Shown: positions 31,839-39,601 of the stretch, piece after piece
Layout: each line of letters begins with the position of its first letter
Numbering within the stretch: position 1 is the stretch's first letter
Assembly: GCA_902801755.1 (NCBI GenBank)
Contig: CADCJM010000004.1
Location: forward strand, 4,982 to 68,981
Direction of reading: 5' to 3'
Length of the DNA stretch: 64,000 nt
Origin: Oscillospiraceae bacterium
Lineage (GTDB): Bacteria; Bacillota; Clostridia; Saccharofermentanales; Saccharofermentanaceae
The notes under the pieces: generated by a model
Told to the model about the DNA's origin: nothing
Databases searched by the model: none
What the model saw: only the letters and a program-made list of their open reading frames with translations
Translations under genes and position numbers: made by a program

Positions 31839-32006
31839 GATTTTGGGGATAACCATTCTATTTAATTTATGGTATGGCTCAATCAATCCCATTTCTGTTG
31901 TTATCCGGCGTACGATTAAGTATATTATAAATTATCAAAGCAAACAGTATATTTGTGCTTCACTGTTACTTGATGGATATGCGAATTTAGGCGGATAACA
32001 AAATAA

Positions 32007-34154
32007 ATGACAAAAGACACTTCAGATAATCTGGTGCTTGGTGTTAATGCTGATGGTTTCAGAAAAAAGAAGATTCTTTTTGGAATCTTAACATCATGCG
32101 CTCTAACATGTTTGACCTTTTTTCTGATTGAAATCAAACACCCGTTTTTCTTTATGACAGATGATAACGCCGGCTGGTATGCAGGGGAATATGCAAATGT
32201 CATCAGATGTATATTTAATGGCAAATTCCCGTTATACAGCTTTACCCAGCTCTGCGGACAAAGATTCTTCGCGAATGGTCAAACCGGCGTATTTAATCCC
32301 GTAATGTATATAGCAGCGCTGTTAAGCAATCTGCTCTTCGGTGATTACCGCGGAATAGCAGATATTCTTGCTCTTCTAATGATGCTCTTAGGAGCCATTG
32401 GCGCTTATCTCCTTCTTGAGCGTCTGGATGTGTGTCAGGGGGCAGCAATCGCAGGCGCTTTCGCATGGAATTTCAACGCATACAATATTTGGGTCGGTGG
32501 CAGCTGGATACTTGTAGTGCTTAGTTCCAGTGTTCTTCCATTTATTATCTATGGTTCTCTCAGGCTATGCCAAAAGCCAAATCTCAGAGACTATCTTTGG
32601 GCTATTATTCCAAAAGCGTTTCTATTCTATATAAGTCATCCACAGTTTTTCTTTTATGCAGCTTTATTTGATTTCCTTTTCGTAGGAACCTATACATTTC
32701 TTTTCAACAAAAACTGCCGGTTAAAAAGCTTAATTAAGCTCATCAGGAGATATGTGCTGATCTATATTGCTGTTGTTATACTTGTCCTGCCGCAGCTTTT
32801 GCCTCTATATCAAATGATTTCGTCAACCAAGCAAGGCCAAGCACTTAGCTTTAATGCTTTTAATTGTGAATCTGAGGCCTTTTTAGTCGGAATCATGTGG
32901 CCATTTTTTTATGATGAAGTAAAAACTTTTGCTATCGACCCGTATATTGGATATCCGCTGGCTTTATTTCTGTTCGCAAGTATACTGATTCCCGTTATTC
33001 TCCTTTCATCAGAAAAGAAAAGAGCTCTTGAGAATAAACACTTATTGCTGTCTATGCTTTCAACGGTTCCGGGAATCATTATCGCGTTCCTGTCTAACTA
33101 TTCAACGGCGTTCAAACATGTACTGCATGTGATCCCGATAGTTAACCGGTTTCATTATTTGCACAGAAACAACCTATATTTATCAGCTCTAATGGTTATT
33201 TTCGCTTCCTTAGCCTGTACTTTTTTCTGGAGGTTTTATCGCGGCAGCCGCAATGGGAAGAATACAAAAAATGTCCTCGCTGCACGCATTGCCGGTACAG
33301 TTTTTGTGTTGCTTGAAGTCATTAACATGACTTTGCTGTTTAGTTGTCAGCCTCGCTGGAGCAGAGGTCCGATCTACAAAGCCGAAGAAGGATTCGACAG
33401 GAATTATGCAGCACAGTTTGCACAAGGCAGATATATATGTATCGGTTATGAGTTCGTATTCGCCAGAGATTATGACAAATTACAGGATATGTCTCACTCT
33501 TTACGTTACAATATTGCATCCTGCTACGGAATAAACAATGTCAGCGGATATTATGGTGTTTACACAGACAGCAACATTGGTGCTAACTTTGAATTTTTTA
33601 AGAATATCCGTTTAATATCTGGGGACCTTCATGAGCCCTACCCCGGGTTTATTGATGAAATGCGGAAACAATCTGTTAGTTGGTATATTTTAAACCCGGA
33701 AAACAAAGACAGGTTTGAAGGCATACTTAATGAAGCCGGCATAAATAAAGTCTCTGAGAGTGAATATGGCATTATTTACTATGACTCCAAGTGCGAACCA
33801 CTGGCTTACGATGAAAAAGGCCAAAAAATTGATCTTGCTCAGGAAATAGTCAACGATTTGTCATTAAATACAGATAACAGTTTCGGGGGCGGACTCATTA
33901 CAATAAACTATGCTTATGATTCAAATTTCCGTTGTTATATCGATGGAATAGAGTACCCTATAATTAACGACAATGATAATTGGCAGATGAAAATAGACTG
34001 CCCTTCCGGAACACACAATATAGCAATCCGTTATGTTGATCAGACTTTCAATGTGTGTTGTATAGTAACAGGGGCATTCCTGATAATATCCTTATCAGCA
34101 TATGTTATTTTCAAATGCCTGAAAAGAAGAAACTCGGTCAAGGAAAAACAATGA
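32007..34154 (+). CDS. Polytopic membrane protein, YfhO/GT-C glycosyltransferase-like
   Basis: DD after first TM, GQRFFANGQTGVFNP loop, many TMs, C-terminal G-H-I-I-Y plus TM. Confidence 0.65.
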   Translation: MTKDTSDNLVLGVNADGFRKKKILFGILTSCALTCLTFFLIEIKHPFFFMTDDNAGWYAGEYANVIRCIFNGKFPLYSFTQLCGQRFFANGQTGVFNPVMYIAALLSNLLFGDYRGIADILALLMMLLGAIGAYLLLERLDVCQGAAIAGAFAWNFNAYNIWVGGSWILVVLSSSVLPFIIYGSLRLCQKPNLRDYLWAIIPKAFLFYISHPQFFFYAALFDFLFVGTYTFLFNKNCRLKSLIKLIRRYVLIYIAVVILVLPQLLPLYQMISSTKQGQALSFNAFNCESEAFLVGIMWPFFYDEVKTFAIDPYIGYPLALFLFASILIPVILLSSEKKRALENKHLLLSMLSTVPGIIIAFLSNYSTAFKHVLHVIPIVNRFHYLHRNNLYLSALMVIFASLACTFFWRFYRGSRNGKNTKNVLAARIAGTVFVLLEVINMTLLFSCQPRWSRGPIYKAEEGFDRNYAAQFAQGRYICIGYEFVFARDYDKLQDMSHSLRYNIASCYGINNVSGYYGVYTDSNIGANFEFFKNIRLISGDLHEPYPGFIDEMRKQSVSWYILNPENKDRFEGILNEAGINKVSESEYGIIYYDSKCEPLAYDEKGQKIDLAQEIVNDLSLNTDNSFGGGLITINYAYDSNFRCYIDGIEYPIINDNDNWQMKIDCPSGTHNIAIRYVDQTFNVCCIVTGAFLIISLSAYVIFKCLKRRNSVKEKQ

Positions 34155-34861
34155 ACGATAAAAACAAAGTCTTAAATGAAATATTCGACAAATGCTCCGA
34201 AGACTACCGCGAGATGCATACCGAAAACATAGGTAAGTTCAGTGGTACTGACAGTGAGTATTTTTCCGAATACAAAATAAAAGAGATATATGACAGATAT
34301 CCGGAAACTCCCGGGAAATGGCTGGATCTTGGATGTGGCGACGGCCTTGCAGGTATATATGTAAATAAATACTACCCCAACACCGGATACTATGGAATCG
34401 ACATCTCGGGCAACAGCATTAACAAAGCAAAAAAGCTCAATCTTCAAAACGCAAGTTTTCTTCTCTATGACGGCGAAAGTATTCCATTTGAAGATAATAC
34501 GTTTGATGTCATTTATTTAGCCTGTGTTATGCACCACATCATTCCTTCTCAGCAAGATGGAATTCTAAATGAATGCAAACGTGTTCTCAAAGAAAACGGG
34601 AAACTGATCATATTTGAGCACAATACGTATAATCCTGTGACAAGAAAGCTGGTAAACGATTGTATTTTCGATAATGACGCGATCCTGGTTAATCAGAAAT
34701 CCTTAAGGAAAATGCTCAAGAAACTTGGATATAAAAATATTAAAAGACGTTATACGATTTTCTTTCCGCGAAAGAAGTTATTCAACTGGCTAATCCCGCT
34801 GGAAAAGCATTTGTCATGGTGCATGTTTGGCGGTCAGTATTATTGTGTTGCTGAAAAATAA
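34151..34861 (+). CDS. Class I SAM-dependent methyltransferase
   Basis: LDLGCGDG, VMHHI, IFEHN; ATGA overlap with upstream gene. Confidence 0.88.
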   Translation: MNDKNKVLNEIFDKCSEDYREMHTENIGKFSGTDSEYFSEYKIKEIYDRYPETPGKWLDLGCGDGLAGIYVNKYYPNTGYYGIDISGNSINKAKKLNLQNASFLLYDGESIPFEDNTFDVIYLACVMHHIIPSQQDGILNECKRVLKENGKLIIFEHNTYNPVTRKLVNDCIFDNDAILVNQKSLRKMLKKLGYKNIKRRYTIFFPRKKLFNWLIPLEKHLSWCMFGGQYYCVAEK

Positions 34862-34871
34862 ACTCATATTT

Positions 34872-36113
34872 TTATAAATTTATGATACTCTTGGCTGCCA
34901 GATAGGCTTCACTCATACAGGCCTGAAGGTTATAACCGCCGCTTATTCCGTCTATATCGAGCGCCTCACCGATTATGTAGAGGCCTTTTACGATCTTTGA
35001 CTCCATCGTCTTTCTGTCGACCTCTTTAAGCGGCACGCCGCCTCTCGTAACATAGGCTGTCCTGATATCAGGAACTGATGCCAGTCCTATCTTAAGGTGC
35101 TTCATCTCACGGCAGATGTTCCTTCTGTTCTCCTTGGTAAAGCTCTGCGCATAAGAGCCTTCGCAGCCGGCCTTTATAGTGATCCCTGCTGCGACAGACT
35201 GGGGAACAAAGCCGGATAAAAGCGTTGATATCTTCGTGTCGCCATGTTCGCCGATAAGCCTTAAAAGCTCTTTATCAAAAGCCTCTTCAGTCATCCGGGG
35301 CACCAGATCAAGCTCAAGATAAACATTCTTCCCGTCTATATCTTCCGGCACTTCTCTTGATATCTCCATGACTGCAGGTCCCGTTAGTCCGAATTCTGCG
35401 AAAAGGAGCTCTCCTTCTTTATCTGCTGTCTTCTTCCCCTCGCTGTAAAGAGAGATACCTGCACTCACCGTCACGCCGCTGAGCTCCCTGCAAAAACCTA
35501 TGGATGCTTCGTCTGCCCTTAAAGGCGCTAACGCTCCTCTTGCCGGAATGACATCGTGGCCGAGGGCTTTTGCAAACCTGTAGGAATCACCGTCAGACCC
35601 TGTCTTCGGGAAAGAGCTGCCGCCGCAGGAAAGAATCAGATAATCGAAGGTAAAGCTTCCTTTCGACGTCCCGGCTTCAAAAACATCTGTCTTCTTTATG
35701 CTTGTGACATTGGCACCGCATATGATCTTCGTGCTTCCTGAGATAAACGATACCAAAGCATCCCTCACCTTCACGGCACTGTCACAGACCGGGAAGATCC
35801 TGTTATTGTCTTCCTCTTTGGTCTTTAATCCAATCTCGTTCTCGAAAAAGCTGACTGTATCATCAGGTCCGAATTCTTTTAAAGCCGGATATAAGAACTT
35901 CTCCGCTTCGTGGTAGCCTTCCTTAAGAACAGATATATCTTTCCTGTTGGTGATATTGCAGCGTCCGTGACCGGTTAAAGTCAGCTTTTTGCCGGGTTCG
36001 GAATTCTTCTCAATAACGGTAACTTCGACAGGACTTTGTGAGAGCCTTTTTAACTGGCAGGCTGCATAAAGGCCTGCTGCACCGCCTCCGATTATGCCTA
36101 TGCGCTTTTTCAT
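34872..36113 (-). CDS. HI0933/BaiN-family flavoprotein
   Basis: GGGAAG, TGHGRCNITN, TRGGV, GGYNLQ. Confidence 0.92.
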   Translation of the reverse strand: MKKRIGIIGGGAAGLYAACQLKRLSQSPVEVTVIEKNSEPGKKLTLTGHGRCNITNRKDISVLKEGYHEAEKFLYPALKEFGPDDTVSFFENEIGLKTKEEDNNRIFPVCDSAVKVRDALVSFISGSTKIICGANVTSIKKTDVFEAGTSKGSFTFDYLILSCGGSSFPKTGSDGDSYRFAKALGHDVIPARGALAPLRADEASIGFCRELSGVTVSAGISLYSEGKKTADKEGELLFAEFGLTGPAVMEISREVPEDIDGKNVYLELDLVPRMTEEAFDKELLRLIGEHGDTKISTLLSGFVPQSVAAGITIKAGCEGSYAQSFTKENRRNICREMKHLKIGLASVPDIRTAYVTRGGVPLKEVDRKTMESKIVKGLYIIGEALDIDGISGGYNLQACMSEAYLAAKSIINL

Positions 36114-36376
36114 CAGGCCTCAACGACTCTTATCTGGAATCTGTCGAATCTGACGTTTTCCGTGTACTGCTCACGGAAAAAGATCGTCTGTCCGAAAGCC
36201 GCAAATTCCTTGGTATTCTTCTTCATCCACATGGGGACCGGGATGTCCATCTGCTTGCAAAGCTCTATCAGAGCCTTCTCCAGACACTTGGAATAAGAGG
36301 AATCTGTGTCCTCCGTGGTGACCTCTTTTATCTCTGTCATCCTGTTTGCGACGAAGAGTCTTCCTTCAAGTGTCAA
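36113..36376 (-). CDS. Conserved clostridial hypothetical protein
   Basis: GGAGG RBS, TTG start, coupled to downstream gene; LCKQMDIPVPMW. Confidence 0.75.
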   Translation of the reverse strand: MTLEGRLFVANRMTEIKEVTTEDTDSSYSKCLEKALIELCKQMDIPVPMWMKKNTKEFAAFGQTIFFREQYTENVRFDRFQIRVVEA

Positions 36377-36446
36377 ACCCGTAATCCTCCCTGTTTGCTT
36401 AATTCTTTGCCACTATTTTGCCTTTTTTGAATCTTAAAGTAAATAT

Positions 36447-36543
36447 TGAGGGTGGTAAGATATGGTTGTTCAAAGTAATTGTTCCTTACTTCATAACACC
36501 CTCCTTAAGACACTGACACCCCCTCGTCAGTGTCTTTTATTTT
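36447..36543 (+). ncRNA. Candidate small RNA with anti-SD motif and terminator
   Basis: GAGGGTG/CACCCTC stem, CCTCCTT, 11-bp terminator AAGACACTGAC/GTCAGTGTCTT plus T-tract. Confidence 0.35.
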
Positions 36544-36610
36544 CCAGAATATAAATAAAAATTGATGGTAAAAATAACAATAAAACCTATTGTTTAAAAA
36601 TGTTTTCTTA

Positions 36611-36639
36611 TTGATTATGTAAAAATAAGGTTGTAAAAT
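36611..36639 (+). promoter_or_regulatory. Promoter of Zn-ribbon/HD gene
   Basis: TTGATT-17-TAAAAT. Confidence 0.5.
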
Positions 36640-36696
36640 GGTTTTAAATTATATTTGCGGTTTCGTTTTGGCTCCGCAAAACAGGAGGTCACAATC

Positions 36697-37539
36697 ATGA
36701 AGAAATGTCCCGATTGCGGTATGGTCATTGCCAATCAGGCTATCAGATGCCCTAAGTGTAAGTATACATTCACATCAGCAGACGAGGGTTCAGGCGGAAG
36801 TGACGCTGCAGCAGTTACTCCTCAGGCAGCAGCAGTTTCAGCAGCAGCTACAGGCAAGTCCGATAAGGTTGCCGGTATTATGCCGATGATCGAGGTCAAT
36901 AAGGACAACGTTGATACTCTTTATGAGCAGCTCAAGGCAGCTATCGTTAAGAGAAAGACAGAATTCGATCACTTCATCGATTTCCTCGAGAACAGAACAT
37001 CCTGGCTCACAGCACCTGCAGAAGTTAAGGGTCCCCTCGCTTGCGAGAAGGGTCTCCTCATCAGAAGCGTTGCAGTTGCTAAGCAGCTCCTTAGAATCAA
37101 GGATACGATCATGCCTCAGCTTGACGAAGAGTCCGCTATCATCATCGCGCTCTTCCACGAAGTCGGTAAGGTTGGTATCGAGGGCAAGCCTCTCTTCATT
37201 CAGGAAGAGACAAGCACACTGGGTGCTACTTCCACATTGGGTCTCTCTTTCAGCAGCAGACTTACAGGTTCATCCACAAGCTCCAATCCTACTTACTCCA
37301 TCAACAATAAGCTCGTTCACATGAACGTTGGCGTAAGATCCCTCTTCCTCGTTTCCCAGTACATGCTGCTCTCTGACGACGAAGCTCAGGCTATCAGCTA
37401 TGGTTCAGATGTTGAACTTCTTGGCGGCAAGCTCTCACCTTATACACTCCTCCTCTCCACAGCTCTTCAGATGCAGAAGACGATCTATGAGGATTCCGAT
37501 GTTGTATCAGGCTACAGCTTTACAGTAATCAATCCTTAA
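36697..37539 (+). CDS. Zinc-ribbon protein with degenerate HD-like domain
   Basis: CPDC...CPKC; WLTAPA...GLLIRS, ALFHEVGK; ATG behind AGGAGG. Confidence 0.7.
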   Translation: MKKCPDCGMVIANQAIRCPKCKYTFTSADEGSGGSDAAAVTPQAAAVSAAATGKSDKVAGIMPMIEVNKDNVDTLYEQLKAAIVKRKTEFDHFIDFLENRTSWLTAPAEVKGPLACEKGLLIRSVAVAKQLLRIKDTIMPQLDEESAIIIALFHEVGKVGIEGKPLFIQEETSTLGATSTLGLSFSSRLTGSSTSSNPTYSINNKLVHMNVGVRSLFLVSQYMLLSDDEAQAISYGSDVELLGGKLSPYTLLLSTALQMQKTIYEDSDVVSGYSFTVINP

Positions 37540-37562
37540 TTGAATTTATAAGCGTTTAACCG

Positions 37563-37597
37563 AAAACGGGCTGTCATATGACAGTCCGTTTTCTTTT
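37563..37597. terminator. Bidirectional terminator
   Basis: AAAACGGGCTGTCA/TGACAGTCCGTTTT between convergent genes. Confidence 0.8.
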
Positions 37598-37671
37598 GTG
37601 TGCTGTATATAAGAGGAGTGATCTTTTATAACATTTCGACGAGGCTTAATAATGCCTTATAAACCCAATGA

Positions 37672-39417
37672 TTATCCCTTGCTGTCTGTAATATCGAAAT
37701 AAGTTACTTCGTTAAACTCAGTAAAGCTGATCTGGTCTCCGGCCTTGATCGTATATTTCTCGTTTGTGGCTTTTCCGCCCTTTACAACATAACCTGTAAT
37801 ATCCTTGGAAGCCTTTACTTTTACGCTTAACTTCACGTAGCAGGTTGTATCTGCGATCACCGGCATACCGTTAGCTGATGCCTTATAGTATCTTGTGATA
37901 CTCATCACGCCGTTCATTCCGTCATTCTCATAGCAGAGGAACTTGTCGGTACTTGTCATATTACAATGGATATACATTCCTTCGTGGTGTCCCACAAACC
38001 TGATCGAGCTGTCATTTACTTCATAAACATTGATGTCACAAAGATCTCCGTCCATGCAGGATGTTACATAGATAAATGCCTTGCCGTTTGTCTTAATAAG
38101 GAATGTGCTGCCGATCCTGAGTCCGGAATTATCAGTGTGTACGGGAAGAACATAGGCGTGTCTGTTGTAAGTAATCTGGATCTTCTGATTGTCAATATTA
38201 TTCTCAACAACGAATGAACCGTATGCAGAATCGAGTGTGCGCTTCTTGTCGTTTGCCTGGAAGACCATTACGCGTCCGTTACCCATCGCGTTAACTGTTC
38301 CGGCCTTTTCTTCGTCAAAATCCTTAGCAATCTCAAATAAACTGAAGATTGCATTTGCTTTATTATTCTTATCTGCTTCATTGAAATTCTTTGAGCAGTA
38401 AAGCCTGAGAACAGTGCCGTCTTGCATTTTTACATCAATAAAGCTCTCCAAGTCCGTTTTGATAAGTTCTACAACGTCACCCTTATTGATGATCTTAGAT
38501 TCATTAGTCAGTTTTCCGTCTCTTATGATCTGTCCTCTGTAATCAGACTTGATCCTTGAAGGAGATGTGTTATAGATACTGCGGATGCAATTTGCAAGCA
38601 CCGGCATTCCGTCATTTCCTACTTTGAAAAATCCATGAAGCCTGAACATATAATTGCGTCCGTAATGCTCGTAGCAGGAGAATGAATCGACCGAATTGAT
38701 CTCGCTGGCATAAAGGCCTTCATAGCATCCAACATAATTAATGGAACCATATTCAAGAGAATATACATTGATCTCACAATTATCTCCGCCGTGCATAGCG
38801 CTGATGTAGAGATATACCTGGCCGTTTTTCTTTAAAAGGAATGATTCGCTTACTCCGAGTTCAGAGTTTTTAATAGGGAGTACAAAACCTTTATCCTCAA
38901 CCTGGACCCACACCCTGCCTGTTGTAGACGGGTGGTGGAATACATAACCCCATCCCTCATTGTCTGTAAACTTAACACCATCGTTACCGTCTCTTAACTT
39001 CAAGACAGAACCATCCTTCACAGAATCGAGCGCATCGGTTTTCTGGGTTTCAGTAGCCTTGGGTGTTGTCTCTGCTGGTGCCTCGGTTGTCTTTGCCGGC
39101 TCTGTCTTGTTAGCTGCCGGTGTTGTCTCCGGGATATCGCTCTCTTTTGTATCTGTGTTCTCATCGAAGTTATCATCCGGTAAAACGACTGAAGGATCAG
39201 TAATAACATCTGCATTTGCTCCCTGCTGATTTACCGTAATGCCTGAAGCGAGCGCCTCGTCATTGATAACTACACTTCCGATAGGCGTTCCGTCTGCCAG
39301 CTTGATCTCTGCCGTGCATCCGGAAGCTGTGACCGCAATGGCTCCTGAAAGGATAACCGCTGCAAGTGCTGATTCAGTAATTCTGCCTCTCTTAATAGGT
39401 TTTGCTATAAACTTCAT
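37672..39417 (-). CDS. Lipoprotein with two copies of the BlaR1-like protein's C-terminal domain; 3' end frameshifted
   Basis: Lipobox ASGC, Thr/Pro linker, repeated motifs KxNGxxYxY / NVYxx / GMPV; C-terminal helix continues in another frame to about 37626. Confidence 0.8.
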   Translation of the reverse strand: MKFIAKPIKRGRITESALAAVILSGAIAVTASGCTAEIKLADGTPIGSVVINDEALASGITVNQQGANADVITDPSVVLPDDNFDENTDTKESDIPETTPAANKTEPAKTTEAPAETTPKATETQKTDALDSVKDGSVLKLRDGNDGVKFTDNEGWGYVFHHPSTTGRVWVQVEDKGFVLPIKNSELGVSESFLLKKNGQVYLYISAMHGGDNCEINVYSLEYGSINYVGCYEGLYASEINSVDSFSCYEHYGRNYMFRLHGFFKVGNDGMPVLANCIRSIYNTSPSRIKSDYRGQIIRDGKLTNESKIINKGDVVELIKTDLESFIDVKMQDGTVLRLYCSKNFNEADKNNKANAIFSLFEIAKDFDEEKAGTVNAMGNGRVMVFQANDKKRTLDSAYGSFVVENNIDNQKIQITYNRHAYVLPVHTDNSGLRIGSTFLIKTNGKAFIYVTSCMDGDLCDINVYEVNDSSIRFVGHHEGMYIHCNMTSTDKFLCYENDGMNGVMSITRYYKASANGMPVIADTTCYVKLSVKVKASKDITGYVVKGGKATNEKYTIKAGDQISFTEFNEVTYFDITDSKG

Positions 39418-39445
39418 TTTAATTTCCTCCGTATATTATCGGCTG

Positions 39446-39524
39446 TTCTACATGCGTAGATTCTACAAACGTAGAACAACCTTACGAGCGTCATTCTACA
39501 AGACTTTTTTCTACATTTGTAGAA
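39446..39524. promoter_or_regulatory. BlaI/MecI/CopY-type operators (three full, one half)
   Basis: TTCTACATGCGTAGAT 39446, TTCTACAAACGTAGAA 39461, TTCTACATTTGTAGAA 39509; half-site 39494. Confidence 0.8.
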
Positions 39525-39553
39525 TATTTTTTGAAACCGTTTTCGAGGGCACG

Positions 39554-39578
39554 AAAAAAGGGAGCTAAAAGCTCCCTT
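39554..39578 (-). terminator. Terminator after M56 gene
   Basis: AAGGGAGCT/AGCTCCCTT plus U-tract. Confidence 0.8.
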
Positions 39579-39601
39579 CGTTTAATCAGCATTATCTATA
39601 T

